From an uncultured Opitutales bacterium (GTDB lineage: Bacteria; Verrucomicrobiota; Verrucomicrobiia; Opitutales; Intestinicryptomonadaceae): 32,000 nucleotides of DNA. The position numbers and the translations under genes are program-made. This document shows, piece by piece, positions 18,380 through 26,160 of the stretch (its first letter is position 1; every line of letters starts with the position of its first letter). Location: the NCBI GenBank assembly GCA_934613415.1, contig CAKTSY010000001.1, positions 531,813 to 563,812 of the forward strand, read 5' to 3'. A model generated the notes under the pieces. That model ran no database searches, was not told the DNA's origin, and saw only the letters and a program-made list of their open reading frames with translations.

Positions 18380-19245
18380 TGGCAACAAAACAAAAGTCTA
18401 AAACCTGGAAAGACATAGGCAAAAGCAAAAGCTCTAAAAAAGCCCCCTTGTCTTTCGAGGCAAAGTTCAGAAAATTTGCGATATTTTGCAAAATTGGCGG
18501 CTTTGTGCTGCTGTTGGCGGCCTTGGGCTTTGGCGCATACAAGGCGGTGCAGTTGGGCTTCGTAGACGACATTTTATACAACAAAAATCAGGTTGCAAAA
18601 AAGCTGTTTTTAGACAACCCCGACGGCAAGATTTCCCCAAAATGGATAAGGGAATATCTGGGCATAAAAAAGGCAACCCCCATAGACAAAATAGACCTGC
18701 TTGGACTTAAGAAAAAAATCGAAAATGTAAATCAGGTAAGTTCGGCAAAAGTTGAAAGGGTTTACCCCGACCAAATAAAAATCTGCATAACCGAGAAAAA
18801 GCCAATAGCCAAGGTAAACACAAACAACGGCGTTTTGCTTATGTCGGCAAACGGTGAATTTTTTGAACCTATATGCTATGCCGTAGAGGAAATCGACGCG
18901 TTTGTAGAGCTTACGGGTATAAAGATTTTGAAACAGGGCAAAAAATATGTTGCATACCCGATGGCAAAAACCGTAAACGAGCTTTTTGCGGAAACAAAAA
19001 AAATGCTGCCAGCGGTTTTCAACACCTACCAAAGGGTAGACTTAAGCGACCTGCACTCGAAGGTTTCGCCGCTGCTTGAAGTATACACAAACGAAGACGT
19101 TAAAATAATATTTTTGGCGACAGATTTTAACAAGCAGCTTTCCAAGCTCGAATATGTTTTAAGATACGCAAAAGACAAATCCGTAAGGGGTGCACAAATA
19201 GACTTGTCTCTTGAAGGCCGTACTGATATGAAATTGCGAAAATAG
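18379..19245 (+). CDS. ftsQ: Cell division protein FtsQ (POTRA domain)
   Basis: Basic N-terminus and a TM helix (FAIFCKIGGFVLLLAALGFGAY). POTRA-like segment (ISPKWIREYLGIKKATPIDKIDLLGLKKKIENVNQVSSAKVERVYPDQIKICITEKKPIA). Start chosen at ATG 18379, which overlaps the ddl stop (TAATG), rather than ORF-track 18331, which would overlap ddl by 49 nt. Confidence 0.75.
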   Translation: MATKQKSKTWKDIGKSKSSKKAPLSFEAKFRKFAIFCKIGGFVLLLAALGFGAYKAVQLGFVDDILYNKNQVAKKLFLDNPDGKISPKWIREYLGIKKATPIDKIDLLGLKKKIENVNQVSSAKVERVYPDQIKICITEKKPIAKVNTNNGVLLMSANGEFFEPICYAVEEIDAFVELTGIKILKQGKKYVAYPMAKTVNELFAETKKMLPAVFNTYQRVDLSDLHSKVSPLLEVYTNEDVKIIFLATDFNKQLSKLEYVLRYAKDKSVRGAQIDLSLEGRTDMKLRK

Positions 19246-19256
19246 GATAATTTTTT

Positions 19257-20456
19257 ATGAACGACAGCAAAATGGTGGCAGCCCTCGAAATAGGAACCTC
19301 GAAAATGCAGGTTTTTGTGGGGGAAATTGTAGACGGCGAGTCTTTAAGCATTATAGGAATGGGACAAAAGCCCAGTGCTGGCGTAAAAAAAGGCGACATT
19401 GTAGACTTAAAAAAAGCGTCGCAGTTGGCGCAAGAGGCAATTTTAGACGCCGAAAAAAACACAAGCATAAAAACAAAGTCTATTTATGTTAGCATTAGCG
19501 GCTCGCAAATAAAGGGCATGCGCACAATGGGCTATGCAAACGTGCGCAGCGCAAACAATATTGTTACCCAAGAAGACGTAGACAGAGCCTGCGAAGACGC
19601 AAAAAGCAAAACATTGCCCGAAAACAGAGCCTTTATACATTTCATTTGCTGCGGCTACTATATAGACGGCGTATATTGCCAAGACCCTGTCGGCAAGCGC
19701 GCCCGCCGCATAGACGCCGAATTTTGGCTTGTACACGACGATTGCGACGCCATTGCAAACACCGTTCACATTGTGCGAAGCTTCGGAATGGAAGTAGACG
19801 ACATTGTGCTTTCGGCGATTGCGTCGGCTAGAATGGTAACAAGCATGCAGCAGCGCAAGGAAGGCGTTTTGGTTATAGACATAGGCTGCGGCACAACCGA
19901 CTATGCAATGTACAAAAATTCGAGAATAGTTATTGCCGGCACAATTCCCGTAGGCGGCGACCATATTACAAACGACCTTGCGCACGGCCTTAGGCTTTAC
20001 AACAAAAACGCAGAGCTTTTAAAATGCAAAATAGGCAAAGCCGTAATTAGCGAAGACGAAAAATCGGAATTTATCTGGACAAAGGGCGACCAGCAAATTG
20101 GCGACAGAAAAATTTCGCTAAACTCTATGAACATAATAATAAGGGCAAGGCTTGAAGAACTTTTCCTTATACTAAGAGACGAGCTTGGCGAGGTTTTCGA
20201 CTCTACAATTCAAAGCGTTGTAATAACGGGCGGAACCTCGCGCCTTACGGGCATAAACGAGCTTGCCGAGGGCGTTTTGGGCGTAAAATGCACAACGGGC
20301 AAATTCAATTCGTGGGTAAAACATTCGCTTTGCCACCCAGAATTTGCAACGTCGCTTGGGCTGTTAGACTACGCGCTTGAAAACGAAATACGCAACGCTT
20401 CCGACTCGGGCGAAGGCCTGTTTTCTAAAATTAAGGGGCTTTGGAGGAATCTGTAA
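19257..20456 (+). CDS. ftsA: Cell division protein FtsA (actin-like ATPase)
   Basis: VAALEIGTSKMQVFVGE phosphate-1 motif, VIDIGCGTTDYAM, VITGGTSRLTG, and a C-terminal amphipathic membrane-targeting helix (GLFSKIKGLWRNL). Confidence 0.9.
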   Translation: MNDSKMVAALEIGTSKMQVFVGEIVDGESLSIIGMGQKPSAGVKKGDIVDLKKASQLAQEAILDAEKNTSIKTKSIYVSISGSQIKGMRTMGYANVRSANNIVTQEDVDRACEDAKSKTLPENRAFIHFICCGYYIDGVYCQDPVGKRARRIDAEFWLVHDDCDAIANTVHIVRSFGMEVDDIVLSAIASARMVTSMQQRKEGVLVIDIGCGTTDYAMYKNSRIVIAGTIPVGGDHITNDLAHGLRLYNKNAELLKCKIGKAVISEDEKSEFIWTKGDQQIGDRKISLNSMNIIIRARLEELFLILRDELGEVFDSTIQSVVITGGTSRLTGINELAEGVLGVKCTTGKFNSWVKHSLCHPEFATSLGLLDYALENEIRNASDSGEGLFSKIKGLWRNL

Positions 20457-21205
20457 TGGCGGCAAACATAAAGATTATAGGAATCGGCAAAGGAGGCTCT
20501 TTTTTGGCGTCTAAGCTAAAGATGGGAGCCTTTAAAAACGCGGCGTGCTGCGCGGTTTCAACAAACAAGACCGATTTGGAAAGCGTTTCGATAGGCGAAA
20601 AAATGCTGATTAGTGCCGACCCCGAAGCCGCCCAACTTCAGATTGCGTCTATAAAGCGCAGCATAGAAGGATATTCCACAATAATTTTATTGGCGCAATT
20701 TGGGGGAGATAAATCTGCGCATCTGACCGCCGCATTCGCAAAAATTGCAAAGACAATGAATATTGGCAGGCTTGCCATTTGCGCAATTGCAAACAAGATA
20801 GACGACTATTCCAGAGCCTCGCTTGCCCGCCTTAGGGAAAATTGCGAAAACCTGCTATGCCTACCGAACGACCTTTCCGTAGGCGAAATATTCCGTCAAA
20901 ACGATATAATGAAGTCCTTTCAGTATGTGCAGACAATTCCCCCGCAAAGGGTTGCGCCCGAAGTAAAGAAAACTTCGTTTATGTCGAAAATAACAAGGTC
21001 TAAACCCAAAGACACGCCGCCTGCCGAGCAAAAAAGCCAAACGCCAAAGGCGGCCTCGGGCGAAAACCTTGCCCAAGACGAATTTCCCTTCGTTTCGCTT
21101 TCCGAACAAAGGGGCTTTTTCGGCGATACAAAACGCAATTTCTACAACGGCGAAGATTTGGATATACCAACCTATTTGCGCCGAAACCTTAAAATTATAG
21201 TATAG
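20456..21205 (+). CDS. Degenerate, C-terminally truncated FtsZ-like protein (N-terminal FtsZ/tubulin-like domain remnant + disordered linker + conserved FtsA-binding C-terminal peptide)
   Basis: Sits in the ftsZ slot. ATG 20456 overlaps the ftsA stop (TAATG) with a GGAGG RBS at 20443-20447. By-eye alignment to E. coli FtsZ: IKIIGIGKGGSF vs IKVIGVGGGGGN; AVSTNKTDL vs AVNTDAQAL; LAQFGGDKSAHLTAAFAKIAK vs AAGMGGGTGTGAAPVVAEVAK; LLCLPNDL vs LITIPNDK. The C-terminus GEDLDIPTYLRRNLK aligns with DYLDIPAFLRKQ. No counterpart of the FtsZ C-terminal domain. Confidence 0.7.
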   Translation: MAANIKIIGIGKGGSFLASKLKMGAFKNAACCAVSTNKTDLESVSIGEKMLISADPEAAQLQIASIKRSIEGYSTIILLAQFGGDKSAHLTAAFAKIAKTMNIGRLAICAIANKIDDYSRASLARLRENCENLLCLPNDLSVGEIFRQNDIMKSFQYVQTIPPQRVAPEVKKTSFMSKITRSKPKDTPPAEQKSQTPKAASGENLAQDEFPFVSLSEQRGFFGDTKRNFYNGEDLDIPTYLRRNLKIIV

Positions 21206-21209
21206 AAAA

Positions 21210-21500
21210 ATGATAACCCACTTTGTTGTAATAAGAACTAAATCGGGCGAAAACGCCTCTAAAATTTTAGAGGGCCTGCAAACCCTAAAACAGATTAAAT
21301 GCGCCGACAGCGTAAGTTTTGGCAGCCCCGTTGCCAGCGAAAGACCAGTTGTAGACGACACATTCACCGCCGCCTTGTGCGTTCAGTGCAAAGATTCCCA
21401 AACCCTTTCGCAATATCTTAACGACCCTATCCACGTTAAATTCGCCCAAGACTATCTAAAAAAGTATCAGGCAAAAATAACGGTGTATGACGTTCAGTAG
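21210..21500 (+). CDS. Dabb (stress-responsive alpha/beta-barrel, dimeric) domain protein
   Basis: 96 aa. It has an ITHFVVIR... beta-strand start and the LNDPIHVKF motif typical of the Dabb family (Y..HP.H..F-like). Size and pattern fit; function unknown. Confidence 0.65.
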   Translation: MITHFVVIRTKSGENASKILEGLQTLKQIKCADSVSFGSPVASERPVVDDTFTAALCVQCKDSQTLSQYLNDPIHVKFAQDYLKKYQAKITVYDVQ

Positions 21501-22845
21501 CAAAGACGCCTGCCAATATATTGCCGCCCAAGCGGCGGCTCTCGGCGGCCGCGCCTACTATGTGGGCGGCTGCGTGCGAGACTCTATTTTAGGCATACAG
21601 TCGAAAGATACCGACGTTGAAATTTTCGGGTTAAGCCCCGAACAAATAGAAAAAGTTTTGTCGAAAAAATTCCACTTCGAAGCTGTCGGCAAAAGCTTTG
21701 GGGTTTGGATTTTAAAAGGGCTGGATATAGACGTAAGTATGCCGCGCAAAGAGCGCAAAAACGGGCTGGGCCATAAATCGTTCGAAATTATAGGCGACCC
21801 AAACCTTTCGCCCAAAGAGGCGTGCTCGCGCCGCGACTTTACCATAAACGCAATGCTGCGCGACATTTTAAGCGGCGAAATTATAGACCCTTTTGACGGA
21901 CAAAAAGACCTTGCAAAAAAGCTTATAAGGCACACTTCCGACAAGTTTGCGGAAGACCCTTTGCGCGTGCTTAGGGCAATGCAGTTTGCCGCGCGCTTCG
22001 ATTTTGACGTGGCAGAAAAAACCGTCGAACTTTGCTCGAATATACCCATGGAAAACCTACCAAAAGAAAGGGTTTTTCAGGAATTTAAAAAGCTTATTTT
22101 AAAGGGCAAAAAAATTTCGAGGGGACTTGCCTTTTTAAGAGATTGCAACTGGGTTAAATATTTCCCCGAACTTTCGGCAATGGTTGGCTGCCCGCAAGAC
22201 CCTATTTGGCACCCCGAAGGAGACGTATACACCCACACAATGCTTTGTATGGACTCTTTTGCGCAAGACCGCATTGGCGACGAAAAGGAAGACACCATTG
22301 TAGGCCTTGCCGTTTTATGCCACGATATGGGCAAACCCCTTTGCACTAAAAAAGACTCTACCGGACGCATACGCTCGCTAGGTCACGACATTTTGGGAGG
22401 CCCTGTTGCCGAAAAGTTTTTACGCCGCATTAGCGACGAAAAAGTTTTGCTAGACGACGTAAAAGTTTTGGTTGAACGGCATATGGCAATTTTAGACTTG
22501 TGGCGTTCAAAAGCGGGCGATTCCGCCATACGCAGGCTTGCAAACAAGGTAGGTCGCATAGACAGGCTTGTGCGCATCGACAAGGCCGACCGCGAAGGCC
22601 GCGCCGTAAAAGAGGTAGAAAGCTCGCCACAGGGCGAATGGATTTTGTCGAGAGCCGAAGAATTGAAAATTAAAGATTCCGCCCCCAAGCCCCTGCTAAT
22701 GGGAAGGCACCTTATAGAGCGCAAGCTAAAGCCGTCGCCAAAGTTTGCCGAAATTTTAAACGCCGCCTACGAAGCCCAGCTAGACGGAAAATTCTTCGAC
22801 CTAGACGGCGCGTTGAAATATCTAGACAATGTGTTGCTAAAGTAG
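21487..22845 (+). CDS. cca: CCA-adding tRNA nucleotidyltransferase (class II) with HD phosphohydrolase domain
   Basis: YYVGGCVRDSILG, DTDVE and RRDFTINAM head-domain motifs. HD domain HPEGDVYTHT...LCHDMGK. Overlaps the Dabb gene by 14 nt. Confidence 0.85.
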   Translation: MTFSSKDACQYIAAQAAALGGRAYYVGGCVRDSILGIQSKDTDVEIFGLSPEQIEKVLSKKFHFEAVGKSFGVWILKGLDIDVSMPRKERKNGLGHKSFEIIGDPNLSPKEACSRRDFTINAMLRDILSGEIIDPFDGQKDLAKKLIRHTSDKFAEDPLRVLRAMQFAARFDFDVAEKTVELCSNIPMENLPKERVFQEFKKLILKGKKISRGLAFLRDCNWVKYFPELSAMVGCPQDPIWHPEGDVYTHTMLCMDSFAQDRIGDEKEDTIVGLAVLCHDMGKPLCTKKDSTGRIRSLGHDILGGPVAEKFLRRISDEKVLLDDVKVLVERHMAILDLWRSKAGDSAIRRLANKVGRIDRLVRIDKADREGRAVKEVESSPQGEWILSRAEELKIKDSAPKPLLMGRHLIERKLKPSPKFAEILNAAYEAQLDGKFFDLDGALKYLDNVLLK

Positions 22846-22852
22846 CATTTTG

Positions 22853-24340
22853 CTAAAACAGCATAAAGCACCCTACCATTACCGCGGCTGGGAACAGCGC
22901 ATAAAGCAAAAGCATAACGGGCGAAACACCGTTTTTAAAGCATGGCGACAATATAGAAACGCCCGCAGGGTTCGGCGCATTTGCAATAATTGTAAGCCCG
23001 CCGCCCGAAACCGCGCCGGCCACTACCATATATTTCATTGTGTCCGACAAATTCGGAACAAGCGAAGCCAAATAGGTAATTGCGGCGTTGTCGTTAAACG
23101 CGCTTAAAATCATCGAGCCGAAAAATATCATATCCTTGCCCATTCTGCCAAGCAAAGGTTCTATCCACCAAGCCTGCAAACCGCCGTGAATGACCAAGCC
23201 CGTAAGGAACAAGCCAACCAAAACGGGGCTGCGCAACGACACTTTGTTTTGGTATTGGGCAGTGCCTTCCACAAATGCCAGAAAAAGCAAAAAACCGAAG
23301 CACAAAAGCACAATGTGGTGCAAAAACATAACCGAATACGCCAAAAAGAAAACGTGCGCCATCATTATAAACTTTACGGTAACCGACTCGCGCTTTTGCC
23401 CCATATCCAAGTCGCTGTGCATTTTTGCCATATAGGAAAAGTCTTTGGCAAACGCAAAACGCCCAACAACCACGCAAATAACAATGCCCACTACCGCGCT
23501 TAGCCCGAAATTTTCAAGCATATACAAAAAGCCCCAGTCCCATTTTGCGGCAATCATCAACACCGGAGGGGCTGCAAAGTGGGTAAGAGTACCCCCTACC
23601 GAAACAGAGGCAAGCAATACCGCAAGCGTATAATACTTAAAGTGCCCCGAAGGCCTTAGCTTGAATATCTTTTTATGCAAAAGCATTGCCGAAATTGTAA
23701 TTGCGGCAGGCTCGGTTATAAACGAACCCAAAAGAGGCCCTATTATTAAAATTGCGCACCACCAAGCGGCGGGAGTTCCCGAACCTATTCGCGCAAAAAA
23801 GCCTATTAAGTCTTCCGCCAATCTTATTACGGGGCGCGTTGCCGAAATTGTCATAATAACAATAACAAAGGCAGGTTCCGTAAACTTCTTTTCTACATAC
23901 ATTAGCGAATTTAAATATTCAAGCAACGCCGAATGCCCCTTAAAGAAAACAATTGCCGCAAATAGCGGTATAAGCCAAATGGCAAAAACCGTTTCTATTT
24001 CGCCCATATAGTGCAATGTTGTTGCCAAAAGGCTTACGCGCCTTTTATGGGGCAGCTTGCCGCTGCGTATAAGCGGCTCTAGTTTGTTCGAGTATCTGCG
24101 GGCAACCTTTTTCGACAACGATTCAAAAAACGGACACACAAAGGTGTGCACTATTGCCATAAAAAAGATTATTGCCGCCCACAAATTAAACGGGTCTTTT
24201 TTTATTCTGTCGACCAAAGTGCGCCAAAGGCACTCGCTTTGAGCCCCGTATTCGGAAATGGGCAAAGGAAATTGGTCTACCGCGTTTGCAGCGCACGCAA
24301 CCCCCGCCAAAACAACAGCTGTTAAAAATACCTTCTTCAT
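22853..24340 (-). CDS. Polytopic membrane transporter (putative ion transporter, possibly 'putative Na+/H+ antiporter'/ArsB-NhaD-like; family assignment uncertain)
   Basis: About 12 hydrophobic segments with a signal-like N-terminus MKKVFLTAVVLAGVACAANA. Start trimmed from ORF-track 24616 to ATG 24340, because the 92-aa extension is non-hydrophobic and would overlap the divergent regulator gene. The C-terminal GGGLTIIANAPNPAG motif is remembered from putative antiporter families; this is memory only. Confidence 0.65.
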   Translation of the reverse strand: MKKVFLTAVVLAGVACAANAVDQFPLPISEYGAQSECLWRTLVDRIKKDPFNLWAAIIFFMAIVHTFVCPFFESLSKKVARRYSNKLEPLIRSGKLPHKRRVSLLATTLHYMGEIETVFAIWLIPLFAAIVFFKGHSALLEYLNSLMYVEKKFTEPAFVIVIMTISATRPVIRLAEDLIGFFARIGSGTPAAWWCAILIIGPLLGSFITEPAAITISAMLLHKKIFKLRPSGHFKYYTLAVLLASVSVGGTLTHFAAPPVLMIAAKWDWGFLYMLENFGLSAVVGIVICVVVGRFAFAKDFSYMAKMHSDLDMGQKRESVTVKFIMMAHVFFLAYSVMFLHHIVLLCFGFLLFLAFVEGTAQYQNKVSLRSPVLVGLFLTGLVIHGGLQAWWIEPLLGRMGKDMIFFGSMILSAFNDNAAITYLASLVPNLSDTMKYMVVAGAVSGGGLTIIANAPNPAGVSILSPCFKNGVSPVMLLLYALFPAAVMVGCFMLF

Positions 24341-24495
24341 TTTCGTATTTAACATTAGCCCTTTTTTGCAAAAAAAGCTTTCTACGTCAACAATATCCGA
24401 CCTGTTTAAATCGGATAATATTTCGATGCCATAAAATTTTACATTATTGTAGTTTTTTTGTTGAAGAGAAAAAATAAACAGGCAATATTTACCGC

Positions 24496-26151
24496 GTGAA
24501 ACAAAACCCCAATATGTATTCGGTAGAGGCCGTGCGAGAGGCATGGGAAAGCTCCAGACGCACAAAGAATCTGGAAGTTGAGGTTTTACATAAAATAAGC
24601 TATGCGGTTGCCACAAAAAAAGACGTTTCGCTTTTGCTTAAGGAAGTCTTGGAAATTCTCTACCGCGAAATGGATTTGCAAAGGGGAACTATCACCCTAA
24701 AGCAGGGCGATATTCTTATGATAGAAGCCTCGCACGGAATGACCGAAGAAGAAATAAAGCGCGGCATCTACCGAATAGGCGAAGGCGTAACTGGCAAGGT
24801 GGCGCAAACGGGCAAGTCTAGAATTGTGCCTAATATTGCGGAATCTTCAGACTTTTTAAACCGAACCAAAACAAGAGACGGCAAACACAACATAGCCTTT
24901 ATCTGCGTGCCGATTATACACTTAGGCGAAGTTATAGGCACAATGAGCATAGACCGCAAGCTAGACGCCAACGCAAATTTGGGCAGAGATTTATGCCTGC
25001 TTGAAACAGTTTCGAACATTATTGCCGAAGCCGTTTCGGTGCTATTTTTATATAACGAAGAGCGCGAAAAGCTTATAGAGGAAAACAACCGCCTAAAATC
25101 TGAGCTAGACGACAAACGCCCCGCAGACCTTATCGGCAACTGCAGCGCAATGCGCAAGATTTACCGCGACATAAACCAATTTGCCAATAGCGACATTCCC
25201 GTGCTTATAAACGGCGAATCGGGCACGGGCAAAGACCTTATTAGCCGCGCAATTTGGCGGGCTTCGCGCGAATGGAACAAAAGCTATTGCGTGGCGCACT
25301 CGTATGCTTTAAGCGACACTTTGTTTGCCGCCGAACTTTTCGGCTACGAAAAGGGAGCTTTTGAAGGAGCTACCTCGCGCAAAAAGGGCTTGGTGGAAAA
25401 GGCGGAATCGGGCACGCTTTTTATAGACGAAATCGGCCAGCTGTCGAAGGAAAATCAGGCTAGGCTAAAAACCCTTTTGCAGGACAAAAGCTACCGCAGG
25501 CTGGGCTCGTCGGAAGAGCGCAAGGCGAATGTCAGAATTATTATGTCTACAAGCTACGACCTTGAAGAGCTTGTAAAAAACGGAATGTTTTTGGAGGACT
25601 TATACGCCCAAATTTCGCCCTTTAAGATAACAATTCCACCGCTTAGAAACAGGCGCAGCGACATAATTTTGCTTTCGGAATTCTTTATAGAAAAATACGC
25701 GGTCGAAAACGGCAAAAAAATAGAGCGCATTTCCACCCCCGCAATAAATATGCTTATGGCCTACCACTGGCCGGGCAACGTAAGAGAGCTTGAAAACTGC
25801 ATAGAGCGCGCTGTTATTTCGGCTACAAGCAAGGTTATTTTAGGCTACAACCTGCCGCCCTCGCTGCAAACGGGGCAGTCTACCGAATCGGCAAAAGTTC
25901 CAAGCGAAAGCGAAACCGACTTTACCTCTATGGTAAATTCTTTCGAGCGCGAGCTTATAACCGAGGCCTTAAAACTGCACAAGGGCAACGCCTCTTTGGC
26001 TGCAAAACACCTGAACATAACCCAACGCATAATCAACTACAAAATAAAAAAGTTCGGCATTAAACTTGAATGGTTTAAAAACAGGTCGTCGCCCTACTTT
26101 ATAAAAAAGAGAATGTTGATGAAGAAAAATTCAAACGCGCTAAACTCGTAA
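24496..26151 (+). CDS. GAF-sensor, AAA+ enhancer-binding-protein-like transcriptional regulator with Fis-type HTH (NifA/FhlA-like architecture, atypical sigma-54 interaction motifs)
   Basis: GAF domain (about aa 30-185). AAA+ domain with Walker A GESGTGKD and Walker B TLFIDEIG. GAFEGA at 25354-25371 in place of GAFTGA, and FLEDLYAQI at 25588-25614 in place of FRxDLYYRL. C-terminal HTH NASLAAKHLNITQRIINYKIKKFGI. The start is ambiguous: GTG 24496 or ATG 24514. Confidence 0.85.
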   Translation: MKQNPNMYSVEAVREAWESSRRTKNLEVEVLHKISYAVATKKDVSLLLKEVLEILYREMDLQRGTITLKQGDILMIEASHGMTEEEIKRGIYRIGEGVTGKVAQTGKSRIVPNIAESSDFLNRTKTRDGKHNIAFICVPIIHLGEVIGTMSIDRKLDANANLGRDLCLLETVSNIIAEAVSVLFLYNEEREKLIEENNRLKSELDDKRPADLIGNCSAMRKIYRDINQFANSDIPVLINGESGTGKDLISRAIWRASREWNKSYCVAHSYALSDTLFAAELFGYEKGAFEGATSRKKGLVEKAESGTLFIDEIGQLSKENQARLKTLLQDKSYRRLGSSEERKANVRIIMSTSYDLEELVKNGMFLEDLYAQISPFKITIPPLRNRRSDIILLSEFFIEKYAVENGKKIERISTPAINMLMAYHWPGNVRELENCIERAVISATSKVILGYNLPPSLQTGQSTESAKVPSESETDFTSMVNSFERELITEALKLHKGNASLAAKHLNITQRIINYKIKKFGIKLEWFKNRSSPYFIKKRMLMKKNSNALNS

Positions 26152-26160
26152 AAATCAAAT

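Noticed and set aside
20456-21205. Reading the short FtsZ-like gene as a simple frameshifted pseudogene of a full-length ftsZ.
   Set aside because: The frame is continuous from the N-domain homology to the conserved C-terminal peptide. The intervening ~245 nt are too short to encode the missing C-terminal domain in any frame. The gene also keeps a strong RBS and coupling to ftsA. An assembly artefact cannot be excluded without the reads.
5635-22049. Long antisense ORFs opposite real genes, for example 5635-6147, 6700-7227, 9998-10369, 13478-13933, 19443-19985, 20861-21367 and 21558-22049 (all minus strand, 120-180 aa).
   Set aside because: They are shadow ORFs of strongly supported plus-strand genes. 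The translations are Cys/Arg/Phe-rich or low-complexity, with no motifs, no RBS and no independent intergenic space.
22835-22863. Overlapping 5-bp mini-hairpins (TGCTA/TAGCA/TGCTA) spanning the 7-nt gap between the convergent cca and transporter genes.
   Set aside because: The stems are too short and AT-rich to call a terminator and are probably coincidental. They are noted only because no other terminator separates these convergent genes.
24411-24431. Sigma-54 promoter-like TGGCAT-N5-TATTA on the minus strand upstream of the transporter gene.
   Set aside because: The -24 half is acceptable, but the -12 element lacks the invariant GC (TATTA instead of TTGCA). I found no better GG-N10-GC candidate in any intergenic region of the window.
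24341-24616. 92-aa N-terminal extension of the transporter ORF (ORF-track start 24616).
   Set aside because: It would overlap the divergently transcribed regulator gene by more than 100 nt. The extension is neither hydrophobic nor conserved-looking. ATG 24340 begins a typical signal/TM-like MKKVFLTAVVLAGVACA.
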